DNA of 64,000 nucleotides from Macrostomum lignano (taxonomy: Eukaryota). Made by a program: the position numbers and the translations under genes. The notes beneath the pieces are model-generated. The model was not told the origin of the DNA. It did not search any database and saw only the letters and a program-made list of their open reading frames with translations. The DNA lies in NCBI GenBank assembly GCA_002269645.1, contig NIVC01000617.1, forward strand, positions 62,001 through 126,000. The letters are read 5' to 3'. Below are positions 21,161 to 34,943 of this stretch, piece by piece. Positions within the stretch are counted from its first letter, which is position 1. Every line of letters begins with the position of its first letter.

Positions 21161-23344
21161 TCGAACACATAGACACTGACTATCAACCTGTCGTTGGACG
21201 TCGCTGGAAAATGGGTATTTTTACACTACATTGACGGATGACGACATTCTAAGTCGGCCGAACGTCGGTGTAACAACGTCGATATAGGTTAGAAACGTCG
21301 CCGACATCGGATTGCAATAGTCTTTGTTGGTTACTTGTATATTACTTTCATATTATTAGTTTATCACAAAATTAAAACTTTAATCATAAATAGATCCCAC
21401 TAGCTTGTAAATCCATCGCCAAGTCTTAGTTTACAGCCACTTTTTCTCTAATCGATTACATAGATAGATAGATAGATACCGACAAACCAATTTTAGTATA
21501 AGGGAAGTATAAGCTAGTCTGTGATGTATAAACTTTTATAGGGTAGGCGTGAGGCATGAGGCGTGGGCGATGATGAATGGAAGAGCCAGCGACGATCGCG
21601 GTTACATGTCGAATAGAGAGTTAACTGCGACCATCATTCATGAATTAATCGGTTGCAAAGTTAAGAGAGTCACAGAGAGGCAGAATCAGCGACAGAAATT
21701 TCCCGTCATCGCGTAAGACGTCTTTTCGATCACCTGCTGCCGTTTGCTTTTTTTGAACCAATCAACAATTCACCAGACTGGTTTATATATAGCTACTCAA
21801 ATAGTTGATCGTATTAAACGTTTTGTTGCTTGCAATGCTTTTATTGCCTAATTTTACTTAACTCTCAAGAGTTTAAACTTTTTGATGTGAGTGGGTAAAG
21901 ATTAACACTTTTTAATGATCCTATTTATTATTGCCTAACGCAACTTTTGAAATAGATAATCTCACCCTGCTCAGTTGACGTCTGACTTTAGTCCCTGGTG
22001 GAGTGTATTTATACTTTAAATTAAATTGCAACTCTAGTAACAAGTATTCGACTGCTCTGAATCTGTAAACACGTGGATGTATTTTTCATGTCTCTGATAA
22101 ATTTACACAACAATGATATGGAGATCCTAGAGGTTATGGAGGTTAAGAAAATCACCAGGGTTTATCCCGATCCAGACCAAAGTTTTAGTACATGTGCATC
22201 TTTGCAGAATTTGGTGCACCGACATTACTCCTAGTTTATTACAAACGATGAAAGTACACACATCGTACAGTATAGCTCTCATTAATTTCATGCCGTTTTA
22301 GAATCCCCACAAGTCACTATCAATCCGTCTGATACCCGGCAGGCAACCCAGAACGGTTTTACCGTAGAGACATTAGCCTCAAAGGAAATCCGTACCGTTT
22401 ACTTCAGTTCGGGAAACGACTGGTCACTGTAGGACACAGTAATTGTGTAACGGGGGTAGATTAGAAGGAAATATGAGAAGAATTATAAGATCAATAGGGC
22501 AATGAGGAAACACGGTATATTAGTACATGGTTAAACATAATTTGGGCGTTTCCCAAACCTTGTTTCCGGGGTCTCTATCCTCCAAATGTAGCTCCTATTC
22601 CCTAGTCGAACATTCGCGCCAGCAGATATACCTGGTTAAAGACAGAGAGTTGCTAAACTCTTAAAAAATGATTTCATTTTGACCAAGCCATGGCTTAACA
22701 GATGCATAAATAACTCTAATCTCTTTCATTGCAGAGAATGAAGTGCAATCTGTGTCGTTAAGCAGATGCCTACATTTCAAGTTAAATTATTGAAATTTCG
22801 AGCAATGTACACTTGTCTATGGTCTAAATCGTAACAGAAGAACAATAATGGCAGATTGTGTGAATAAAAATGAGTTTATCAAGGACAGTCTCTACGACAG
22901 CGCCCCACACCACAAAAGACTTTTCTAACTTTCTACTTATACCGATAATCGCTTCCTGACACTCGGCAACTCCTGACACTTCGCGATCGAGACGAGATCA
23001 TAGAGGCTAATCCTAGGATAATTTCATATTTATCTGTTGCGTGGATCAGCCTCGGTGCTTTAGCGTATTTTTCCGAAATTCTGAAGAGGCGCATTTCTCG
23101 CAAAAGTCATATTGAATGGAGGAAAATAATTTATGTCATAACTGAAAGCAGCGAGTCGAAAACTTACGTACTGTACTGTACCTGTCTATGGTTGAAAGTG
23201 CTACTTTGTCTATGGCCAACGTTTGAGGCTAGCTGTACACGAAAAGCACTAAAAGAGTTCAGTTCAGAGAAGGTAACACAGATCAAGAAGATTCAGAAGT
23301 CAATCTGCTATCAAGCCTAGATTTTCTGCACAGTCAGTAATTCA

Positions 23345-23470
23345 ATGGCTGCCGAAAAGTTTCAACATCTTACAGAGGACGAAGGTAACGCGTTCTTACA
23401 TGGAACCCTTCTATCAAACACCTTGAAGAAATGCAAGTGGATGATAAGTTGGATTTTAACTAGCCGATAA
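23345..23470 (+). pseudogene. Crypton-like protein N-terminal remnant
   Basis: MAAEKFQHLTEDEGNAFLHGTLLSNTLKKCKWMISWI resembles the RF..LTEE....L.....NT.K.T.W start of Crypton/DUF3504 proteins. It shares the upstream TTTGTCTATGGC motif with the 18125 element. Confidence 0.45.
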
Positions 23471-24380
23471 GAATGTTCATTCTACTACTTCTGGATTTGA
23501 GGACGAAGCGTACCGAGAGTTATTTTGCTGGGACGCTCAGATGTACTAGCAAAACTTGAGTGCCACTTCCTGGGGAAGGGGGGCGCAGCAAGCAAGTAGG
23601 GGTTTCTTGTACGAGCTCAGTCAGTGTGATTATGATTAACAATCCTCGACCATGGGTCAAAGTTCAGTAGCTTAGATGCATAGCGACCGTTTTATGCTGC
23701 ATGAAAGCAGTTTTTGCTTTTTTTAAATCAAGTACATAGTGGTACATGTTTTTTATTTCTTGAGGCCCAAAAACTAGCACGCGCAAGATTAGCAAAAAGA
23801 ATTTTCGATTTCCTGGTTTTTTCCTCGGCAGAGGTTTAGATAAAGGTAAAATCTGTCCATTCTAATGTTATTCTGGCTAGCAAAATTTAAGCCTAGCAAA
23901 GATTTGCTACCTAAATCTGTTAATACAGAGAGGAAGCAGGAAGCAAACTATAAAATAATGCTGTAAATCATGTCTGCAATTAGTTGAATTAATAACCTTG
24001 CGAATATGCCTCGAACCCAACTATTGACTGGCTATCCGGAAGTCAGAACTGCGATAGATTTTTATCCTACTACTGAAGAGCTGCATTTTCTACTTTGCAA
24101 AAACGCATTTTGAGTTGCAATTCCGAAGTACATGCTGGCAATATTACTTTTCAACGGACTAAACTCAATTACTGATGTACTGGTCATCATTATTTTCTCA
24201 ATGGTGGCTAAAATAAAAAGCACCAAATGCTAGTCATTTTTGTGACGCGAGTGGAATTGCTTTCTCTAGCGCTACTTGGCACTCCGAAGTTAATACAAAG
24301 TGAGCTATAAAAGAGCTGACTTGGGCGTATAAATTCTTGGTGGAGAAGTTAGGAGTAGTTGAAATACGTCCGACCCTATC

Positions 24381-25052
24381 AGCCCCCAACCCCTCAGCCC
24401 CCAACCCCTCAGCCCCCAACCCCTCAGCCCCCAACCCCTCAGCCCCCAACCCCTCCGCCCCCAACCCCTCAGCCCCCAACCCCTCAGCCCCCAACCCCTC
24501 AGCCCCCAACCCTTGAGCCCCCAACCCCTCAGCCCCCAACCCCTCAGCCCCCACAACCCCTCAGCCCCCAACCCCTCAGCCCCCAACCCCTCAGCCCCCA
24601 CAACCCCTCAGCCCCCAACCCCTCAGCCCCAACCCCTCAGCCCCCAACCCCTCAGCCCCCAACCCCTCAGCCCCCAACCCCTCAGCCCCCAACCCCTCAG
24701 CCCCCAACCCCTCAGCCCCCAACCCCTCAGCCCCCAACCCCTCAGCCCCCAACCCCTCAGCCCCCAACCCCTCCGCCCCCAACCCCTCAGCCCCCAACCC
24801 TTGAGTCCAACCCCTCAGCCCCCAACCCCTCAGCCCCCACAACCCCTCAGCCCCCAACCCCTCAGCCCCCAACCCCTCAGCCCCCACAACCCCTCAGCCC
24901 CAACCCCTCAGCCCCAACCCCTCAGCCCCCAACCCCTCAGCCCCCACAACCCCTCAGCCCCCAACCCCTCAGCCCCAACCCTTCAGCCCCCAACCCCTCA
25001 GCCCCCAACCCCTCAGCCCCCAACCCTTCAGCCCCCAACCCCTCAGCCCCAA
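24381..25052. repeat. 15-bp C-rich minisatellite
   Basis: Unit CAGCCCCCAACCCCT, about 45 copies. The Pro-rich ORFs are artefacts. Confidence 0.95.
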
Positions 25053-25471
25053 CCAAAAAATCCGACACAAAGGCGCGGTATTCTAATCAAAGGTCAGAAG
25101 CTTTGAATTTTCTTTGAACAGCATTCGCTTGAATTTCTATAGCTATCGTCTAGTCATATAAAAGCGGGCTTTGCTTGCAAAGCATAGGACTTGGCACGCT
25201 AAATTTAGCTCACTTATGGGTAGAAGTCCGAGCAGCAATAGGAGAGGAAAAAGCAAGAGGAAAGAGATTTCGGACAAAGTGAAAACAAGGCAAGCAAGAA
25301 AACAAGGTGGGACGGTAATTAAATTGAACAACTTTGCATCAAAGAAGACGATTGCTATAGTCCCCGCGTTTTTTGCCCTCATATTTGCAGCCCATAAAGA
25401 ATTGGACAATGACACTAATTTAGTAAAATCAAAATGTCACGAAGCTATCAGTTTTACTTTAAAAGGTGAGA

Positions 25472-25721
25472 CTAGGGGTCCTAATCCCGAGATCTCGGCT
25501 TTTTGTTAATATTCGGGATCCCGGGATTAGGGGTCCGGGATCCCGGTAAACATGGGATTGGAATTTACAATTTGCAAACGTGAAACGATGCTCAGATTGG
25601 TTGAGAAATTAGTTTTGTGGACAATGGATAGCTTCCCGTAAATTAGTTTGTTCAATCCCGGGATTGGGTCAAATTTTTGTCCGGGATTCCGGGATTGTAA
25701 AATGTCCGGGATTTGGGACTC
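25472..25721. mobile_element. Degenerate hAT-like MITE with ATCCCGGGAT subterminal motifs
   Basis: Imperfect TIR TAGGGGTCCTAATCCCG / CGGGATTTGGGACTCCA and many CCGGGAT repeats. TSD not clear. Confidence 0.45.
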
Positions 25722-25796
25722 CAAAGTGAGACAAAAAGGAAATGCAAAAACAAAATTGAGAAGAACGTTCTTTCGACTTTTGAAGTATTCTTTTCG

Positions 25797-26078
25797 ACAT
25801 TAAGCGACATTGGCACACAAGCATTACTGCCCATTCCGCCGACTCCCCTGAGCAGGCACACACTCACACAGGAGTGTACAGCGGCCCTAACTGTATTTAT
25901 CGTTAGGCATGTACACTTCACTGTGCCTTGGGGGGTTGGCCCTCAAGGCCGTTAATTGCACGAGCAGAGCCAAGCCGAGATTCCAATTTAGCCCCAAATT
26001 AATGTGACTGCACTTGGAATCGAGCCTGGGCCGCTGGCACATCCGAGCGCCGCGCCAGACCACTCTAGGTTACGGCCT
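25797..26078 (-). mobile_element. tRNA-derived SINE family A, copy 1
   Basis: Reverse-complement match to 56807-57128. tRNA-like head with B box GGCTCGATTCC. Confidence 0.8.
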
Positions 26079-26092
26079 CCATGGCTTACCAC

Positions 26093-27141
<1,049 letters not shown>

Positions 27142-27809
27142 CTCACTCCCAAATGCAGAATCAGTGTCAGTGGCTCAGGGGACACAGTAAATTCGCAGAG
27201 ATCGAAGTCGGATCAATTTCAACTGACATCCCCCAGCCCTGCAGCCTTCAAACTAATGCGGCATCTTCATCCCACTCCTCCCATCCCACTTCCTGTCCCC
27301 GGCCTATCGGAGAACAATCTCGATACACTTTGCTCGAAAGGTTTTCCTGCATTTAATTATGGGGTCGGGGCCATCGATCGAGCCTCGGGCCTTCCCCGAG
27401 GCAATAAAATGAGGTAAAAAGAGTGGGCACACGTTGAATTGGATCCAGGTGCGCTTGGTTGACAAGATTCGCCGAAGTGTTCTTCTCCTTTTCTGTTTTT
27501 TTTCGAATGAAAAGGCTCATTTTCTTCATAGCTGTCCCTCTCCACATTCTCGAGTGTATTTGTTTCGACTCTGATATAATATGACTTCCTATAAATACCA
27601 TGAGCCATGCGTGTGCATAAACTACGAGTACTAATAAATACTATTGCATTTAGACATACTCTGTGTCTTTTCAGCCGATAAGTTTTAGACTTCTAATAAC
27701 AAGTTGTATAACTCGACTCGAATTGTAAAATTTTAAATCTGAAATCTTAATTTAAATGTTAATTAAAATTATTTTTAATAATTTTCCTTATCCTTCTTTT
27801 CTTTGTCCT

Positions 27810-28290
27810 TACTCCCCTGGTGCCATCTGTTGAAGGTGCCGACGGCGTCGGGGTGATGGCTGAATGCTTGACTGACTAGCTGAGGATGTCCAGCAGTGAG
27901 GTTTGCCCATTATTGAAGCTTGATAAGAAAAACCTGACATATTTGCAACAGGATGTCCATAGTCACCTGGTGCCACCTTTTGAGGGTCAAGAAGCTCCAC
28001 CTGGGTGAAGTCTAGTGACCAACGAAGTCAGACTAAGGCAGACACATGTGGTCGACGTGCTGATGAAATTTGGAGACTTGGCAAGGCTGCACTGAGGCGC
28101 AGTGCCAATTGGCGCACAGGGGTGTACTGAATACACTGGCACTTATGGGAAAAATCCGACCTTCTGGCAGAATCGTCGAATATCTCGACGGTCCGAAGGG
28201 CTGGCGACTTGATTCTTGTTTGAGAAGGTGCGCAACAAAAAGTTAGCCCGTGTTCTTGAATTTCGTGTGCCTGCGTTGCTCCGTTCCGGC
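27810..28290 (-). mobile_element. Possible degenerate LINE (RTE-like) 3' coding remnant
   Basis: Broken frames give TFSNKNQVASPSDRRDIRRFC and SDFVGH...TMDILLQ, loosely like the post-RT region of RTE-type elements. Many stops. Confidence 0.3.
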
Positions 28291-28550
28291 GCAGCAAAAA
28301 AAATTTTAGGGGGGGGGGGAATTCCCCCCCCTCTTGGTAGTTCGACGGGCGGAAAAATGGCTTGGTATTCCTACTGTTAGCTCAGCTGCATCGGAAAAAT
28401 ACTTTTACCTCTGTAGTGAACTAGTACAATCAGTTCTGCTATTAGGCAAGATTAAATTGATTTGATTACACTATATCGTCTGATGGAAAACATCTAGCTT
28501 AATGGAAATAGACAAAATCGACAGCTGAAGACCTTGCCTGAGGTCGATAT

Positions 28551-28860
28551 TTTCTTTCTTTATTACAGGCGCCCTAATGAACATGCAGATGTGCAACCGA
28601 CAGCTCAGCCGCAGCTATTGCGCGGCGCATCTGAAGGCTGCGTACGGCTGTTCAGTCCAAGGACTGGGGGGGGGGGGTCGCCACACTCACCCTCAATTAC
28701 CCCAGCTAATGCTGGCACCCATTTTACAGTTGGGTGAACTGAAGCAATGCAGAGTTAAGTGTCTTGCTCAAGGACACAAATTGTTTCAGGGGAATGGGAA
28801 TCGAGCCGCCGACCTTTCATTCGTGAGTCCAGCGCTCTAACCACTAGGCTACAACCCCTC
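28551..28860 (-). mobile_element. tRNA-derived SINE family B, copy 1 (full head)
   Basis: On the minus strand: A box TAGCCTAGTGG, B box GGCTCGATTCC, central GTGTCCTTGAGCAAGACACTTAAC, A-rich tail. Matches 63672-63958. Confidence 0.85.
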
Positions 28861-29515
28861 TCAACTGCTCAACTATGCATGGTTTATCTACTTAAATCAT
28901 TACTTATCGTTGAGAATATCTAATATATCTATATTTGCATCGATACTACTACTAGTAGGAAACAACGAACTAAATACGATGTGAATCTTTAGAAACTCGC
29001 TGTCGTCAAGTATACACGATCTATTCACACGCTATTTCCCTTAACCGTGCATCGTCAATCCAGGTAATTAGTATTCACCTGTTCGATCTGTGCGATTAAT
29101 GAGCAAAGCTTTTTTTTTAGAACGTAAGCCTCAAGTCCACATGAATCCTGCAATTTCAATGCTTAGTAGAGTCTCAAAGGCAGGTTTTAATTCCAGACGA
29201 TTTTTTTACTGGAGATTTTGCTCCAAATGTGACAGGAAAAAAAACTGTTTATTAACGGACCGCATTGTTCGCAATTTTTTACAGAAAATTGTCTGTTGGA
29301 TGGAACGCTGCGCCTGGCGTGGTTTGGCTAGAACGGAAAGAGCGAATTCATAGTGTTTTCAGACTTGCAGCGTCCGATGAAACGCGACACGTAAGGGCTC
29401 GATATTCGTCGCCTGTGTGTGAGCAACAACTTTCGCATTATGACGAATACAGTTACGGAGCATGTTAACAATCGCAGGTCAGGCCATGAAGGATGCTGCT
29501 GCTGCTGCTTTCTTC

Positions 29516-30139
29516 CTACCAATTGGCCGCCTCTTTTGGCTGCTTGCTGCCAATGATCACTGTTGGCTTCTGCAGCATGCTGCAGTTGGCCAGGCGCATG
29601 GCCTGACAGAGGCCGCTAGAATCAGCGGTGCCCGAGACGGCATTGGCCACCATTTGCGAGTTTTTATCGGCTTGCAGATCCCCTTGCTGCTGCTTCTGGA
29701 GTTGTTGCTTTCGTCGACGACCGCGGCAGTTGATGAGCAGGGCGGGCGGCACCAGCTCGTGGTTGCAGTTGTAGCATCGGCTTCGCCACCAGTTTTCCTC
29801 GCCCTGTTGTTGTTGTTCCTCGTCGAAGATTTTGTGACAGCTAGATCGGCGGTTGAGACAAGCTGAGCTGATGCCAACAACAGATTTGGCTCTGACATTA
29901 TTGATTTGTTCGTTCGGAGACACAGCGGCCGTTGACTTGGCTCGGCTGTGCTTCTGTTGTCGTCGATTTTGATTTCTTATAGATTCGGCGGTGAATTTAT
30001 GATCGTTTGTGTACAACTGGCCAGAGCAGTCATCGGTGTCAACACGAGGCGCCACACTTTGGAGGCGGCGGCGACGGTGGTGGTGGCGATGGCGGCTTGA
30101 AGACACCGACGGCTGCAGAAGGTCGCTAGACCGACCCAT
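29516..30139 (-). CDS. Low-complexity orphan ORF (207 aa), possibly the first exon of a larger gene
   Basis: ATG-initiated GC-rich ORF with H/R/Q runs and a CYNC motif. Possible donor TG|GTAGGA at its end. No recognisable domain. Confidence 0.4.
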   Translation of the reverse strand: MGRSSDLLQPSVSSSRHRHHHRRRRLQSVAPRVDTDDCSGQLYTNDHKFTAESIRNQNRRQQKHSRAKSTAAVSPNEQINNVRAKSVVGISSACLNRRSSCHKIFDEEQQQQGEENWWRSRCYNCNHELVPPALLINCRGRRRKQQLQKQQQGDLQADKNSQMVANAVSGTADSSGLCQAMRLANCSMLQKPTVIIGSKQPKEAANW

Positions 30140-31105
30140 TTCAATTGCGCGATTGTGTCTTCTTTGCGACGCCTGATTCGAAGAAGTCCCGGGAGTAAAA
30201 AAAACCCTAACGAAGTCTTATTGCTGCGGTAAATATTCTTCTAGCGAGCCGGAAAGTTGCACGGCACCCTCGAATAGAAACTTGCATTGACACTTGCCAA
30301 TAAAGCTTTGTGTTGGTAGGCTAGTAAGCTAAGAACATAGACATATCGGAAACACTATTTTTAGCATATAGGATCCCAACTCTAGCAATGAGGCGGCTGA
30401 GCCATCGGTTTTTAGTAATTAAATAATAAAAAATCTGGAGACCGAAGGTTACATACTTGTTGATCAATTCGACGTCGGCCAACGTTTCTGACGTCTATCG
30501 ACGTCGCTGACAAATATGTACTTTACAACTGCATAAATGGATAACGACGCCATACCTCGGCTGAGCGTCAGTGAAATGTAAAATTAAATATTTGTTTTAA
30601 AAATCAGGTTTAGGTTTGTACTTGAAGCAGTGTTCAACTTTTTGACCCGTAAGACCTACAGGTGCCGCAGTGAATTAAACTTCACTTAAAGTCAAAATAG
30701 TAACATTTAATTGCACAAAATTTTGCTTACCTACAGGTAAAGAAGTATGAAGCCCACATCATCAGAGTTTGATGATGCATCTCTATTGTGGCTCATTGGC
30801 TGAAAATGAAAATAAAGTTTAATTTGGACTGAGCATACAATGCACATTTAGATAAAACGTGGTATAAAACCTCTGGTATTGCTTGCTTGAGGGGGCCATC
30901 TATAAGCAAATTTTCATTAGAGAAGAAGTGTAAGAGGATAGATAGACATTGGGAAGGAGCGGAATGATTCGACACGAGTATAGTGGTTACACAAAAAGCG
31001 ACATACGCTCGTAATCTCAAAAATTCTTTCGTTAGTTATTTTTTAGAGTAATTTTTGTTTGCAAAATTAATGCTAAAATTCAGACTTCATTCCGCATCCT
31101 GAAGA

Positions 31106-33143
31106 TCAACATCCGGCGGTGATTGCGTTCACCAGAAGCACCGCCACGCTGCCCTGCTCGCTGTAGGTGTTGCCGCCCTTGACGGCAACGAAGCCGCTGC
31201 CGCCGATGCAGACGGAGCCGCCACCGCCGGCCGCGTGGCCAACTCCGCGACCAGCGCCGCCTCCGCTGAAGCCGCCGCCGGCGCCCGGGGCTCCTCTTCT
31301 GCCGTAGCGATTGCCGCCACCTCCGCCGCCTCCGCCGAATCCGCCGTCGCCGCCTCCTCCGTCGCCGCCGCCGCCGCCGACCCAGCCGTTGGCCAGACTG
31401 CCGCCTCGCTCTCCATCACTGGAGTTTCGCCTCGGGTTGACGGCCCTGCCGAGCCAGCCGGCGCCGCAGCCGCCGTGGTTGAATCCTGAGCCAGTCAGCA
31501 GCGGCTCGTTGAAGCCGGGCTGTCCGTCGCCTCCGCCATAGCCAGACAGAGCTAAGTTGTGGCCCACAGAGTTGCTGCCGTTGCAACCGCTTTCACCAGG
31601 AAAACCTTAAAATTGGAAGACAGGACAAGTGTCGTCTATCGGTTTTATCAGTGCTTCATATATTGGTTCGAAGTCACACTCGATGTGCAAAGCCTATGAT
31701 GACAACGAGTCAATGGACATGTTCACGAAATGATACAAATAAAAAAGTTCTTGAGGAATTACTTGTGAAAAGTTTAACTGGCTAGTACATGTAGGGGGAC
31801 TGACCTGAGGTCAAAGTTATCTGATTTTGGAAGACAGGAAACATGTTTGTGTTTCATTTTCGATTTCCATTCTTTTAAAAATGAGAAACTCTCCCGTAAA
31901 GGAAAAAGCAATAAAAATATTACCACAATGAAAAATCACAATAAGTGGAGCATTCGCTCACCGTGTCTATTTCTGGCGCCTCCACCGCCGCCGCCGGCAG
32001 CCAGTAGCAGCGGAGTCTCCGGCACGTCGTTTCTCCACACAAAGCTGCCGCCGCCTCCGCCGGGCGCAGCGTCGTCCGCAGTAGCGTTGATGCCCGCCTG
32101 CCCGACTGCGATGGCCAGCTGGATTCCGGCCGTCAGGCTGAAGTTGGCAGCCGCGGTGGCTCCGTGGCCACCGACAGTGGCTTCGGGCAGGTTGGCGCCG
32201 CCTCTGGCTCCAGCGGCCTCGATGCGGTAGCAGCCGGAGAACTCGATCGGCAGGGTCCAGATGGAGCCGCTTCTGCCCGAGGCTGAGTCTGAATTCAGAA
32301 CGCAGTAAAAAACAGTGAGATCTGGGAATTGTCGAACAGATATTTTGCTTTCACTTAGATACTTTACTGGGCAAAATGAATAAAAATTCTATTAGCATCT
32401 TCTTCAACTTCTACATGTACAATAAAAGTGCACAAACACAAGGTACTAAAAATGAGACTAGAGTCACAGGGCGCGCTTCGAGTCTTGGGACCAAAAAAGA
32501 GACCGAGTGATATTCTTTGACCAAGGACACCTCAATGTCAAAGTTAAGATCTGTAAAGTTAAAATTTTCCTTCTCTTGCTCGGATACAGAACACTTAAAA
32601 GCACTTCGTGAGCCTAAATAATTCTTTCGGACTGAGTTTCAACATCCGAAACGTGATAACATACAACGTGATAAACATGTTAATTTAACGTGATAATTGC
32701 TAGTTAAAGTAATTTATAAACTAATTCATGACTTGCTCACTTTTAAAGACAACGTCCAGTTTGTAGGCCCTCTCCCGGATCAGCTGCTCGAGGTTATCCG
32801 CCGTCCACACGGATTCGCCCACCTCGGAGCCCAGCAGTCGCGTCACGTGACTCGCCGTCGGTCCCGGAGACTGCGACGCATCGTTGATGATGACGAGCTG
32901 GCAGGTGGAGGCGCCCTTGGGAACAACCGCCACAGCGCAGCCTCTCATTCGACACCTGAGCAGACAGTCTTGCACCGAAGCCACGTTGGTCTCGGTGATG
33001 ACGTCACTGCTCAAAGTCGCGTCCAGCCAGACGGGTTTGGGAGAGGGTACGAGTCGCATTGGCTTGCAGAATTTCTGCGACTCAGCCATCCCTGAAGCAG
33101 TGACTGCAGCCAGGCAGGCAATCAGACAGACCTTGGTCCACAT
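31106..33143 (-). CDS. Secreted PAN/apple + ALK/LTK-type glycine-rich domain protein, paralog A (409 aa)
   Basis: Exons 33143-32741, 32288-31962, 31605-31106, all GT-AG, phase 1/1, frame intact. Signal peptide MWTKVCLIACLAAVTA; PAN pattern SVQDCLLRCRMRGCAVA...CQL; GRD motifs YRIEAAGARGG, IAVGQAG, GGGGGSFV, LLAAGGGGG, GGCGAGW, GGFGGGGGG, GGGFSGGG, GGGGS. No TM segment or kinase. Confidence 0.88.
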
Positions 33144-33713
33144 GCCGAATCCGACAGAGTGTTTTAACTATGATAAGCAGCTGCTCTACTTAGTAATGTG
33201 AATTACTAGTTTAGTAATTCATTTTTTTAGTTGTAGACAGGTCGACGGTAGACGGACAGGAAGCTTTTATGGATCAAGTGGCGCCATTCTAGTGGACTCT
33301 CGTCTCCATCTCTCTGTCTACCTTTCTCCCACACCCTGTCTACCTTTCTCCCACACCGGAGCCAATGAAGTGCCGTTCCCAAATATGGCATCAATAACAG
33401 ACCGTGAGTGTTGGAAACTAATGCGCTATTCCCAATAGGGAGTTGGGCGAAGATAAATAATACAATTTCGCGTCAAAAGCTGAGCGTGGGCAGTTTGTTG
33501 AATTTTTTTTCCAAAATGATGGCTTCAACTGGATGTGGGCTGCTGACAGACGCATGAAGCTGCGGGAGGATAGACTAAAAATTTTCAGTCTAGCTGGTTA
33601 GAAGCAGACAGACCAGCAGACCAGCAGCTTAAAACTATTGCCGCAAATATCCCTCTGCTAGTAATGAGGCTCTTTATCTTCTATAGCTAAGCTATAGGAT
33701 CTCGGAGCTCCAT

Positions 33714-34050
33714 TTAGGGTGTCGGCTCACGGCTGTAAAGACTGCTATTTTAATTGTGGAGGGTTTAGAAATTTCTGGGTTGGGATATTTTTTAGAGAAA
33801 AATGGTTCTCATCAAAATGTGTGCTCTCAGGATCACTTATGTGCAAGCATTTGGGGTCGGGACAGGGACAACTAAAACACTCAACACTAACACTCAACAC
33901 TCTACACTGAGTGTTTTAGTTGTCCCTGGGTCGGGATTGGGGTTCGGGACTGGGTTTTTGAAGTTTCGTTAACTTTCAGAATTACCATAAGTTCGTATAC
34001 GTCGGGATTTTCGGAGTCGGGATTAAAGTTCGGGACGTGGGTTCGGGGTT
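33714..34050. mobile_element. Degenerate hAT-like MITE hosting a nested micro-element
   Basis: Imperfect termini TAGGGTGTCGG / CCGAACACCTCTA and repeated TCGGGA motifs. Confidence 0.4.
33863..33928. mobile_element. 66-bp hAT-like micro-element
   Basis: Perfect 21-bp TIR CAGGGACAACTAAAACACTCA. Perfect 8-bp TSD GGTCGGGA at 33855-33862 and 33929-33936. Confidence 0.9.
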
Positions 34051-34943
34051 CCAATCCCGAACACCTCTAGTATCAATTTACAATACATGCGTAACTTCCT
34101 ACATCTACATCACAAGCCGTCTAGATTCCAAACATTCTGTATTAATAACTACAAATACTTTCAGCGATATCTAAATCACAAAGCTGTTTATGGCCTTTGA
34201 AAATAGTGCTCAAGCAAGTCTTTCAAACTTTCATCGTTATTCCCTATGAAAACCAATAAAAGTACTTTGCTAAAGAAATTTCTAAACGAAAAAATTTATG
34301 GAAGATCGCCTACTAAATACATGTAGTAGCAAGAAAAGAATGTGAAATAAATATCTCATAGTTTTTTTAAAAAAGCTGGTTGCTCAATCACTGAGATAGT
34401 TGAGTTAGACCTTCAAACTTGTGTGTCCAGACTCAGGAGCTGGAAGCTGGTCACAACAGTAACACTTGGATAAAATAAATTAAATCGCTTTTCGATACGT
34501 CGTCTTACGTCGTCATCACACGGTCCATAAAACTCGTCACAGCAGCAGGTTCACAAGACAGATGCAGCTCGAGATTTGCTAGAAAAACCGAATTCGTCTT
34601 TTTGTTTCTGCCCTTGTCGCTTTCTGAAACTGATTCGAGGGGGGTTGGTTGGCTTCAGAGAATCCGCATGATTTTAAAAATCAACAGACTCTCACCCTAA
34701 TCTTTAACCCAGGCAATAAAGGCACAATCTTAAACAGGGCTTTACTTGAAACAGAAAATGTCTAATAGCTTCTTCTGAATCTTTGCATGGCCTCCCACAC
34801 AATAAACGTGACCCGGCCGTTAAAATTGGGGCTTAAACCGTTCGAATAAATATCTTTAAAATCTCTTTTAAATTTTCATTTTCCCAAAAAGCAACAGTGA
34901 TTTTTTGTGTCCAGCGAATATTCATTCTCGCCAGAAAAAAGCT

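Noticed and set aside
24234-25117. Extensin/collagen-like Pro-rich ORFs
   Set aside because: All frames are open because of a stop-free 15-bp repeat.
21900-25470. Scattered exon-like pieces (e.g. 25217-25464 ending at G|GTGAGA)
   Set aside because: Could not be chained into a phase-consistent gene with a recognisable product.
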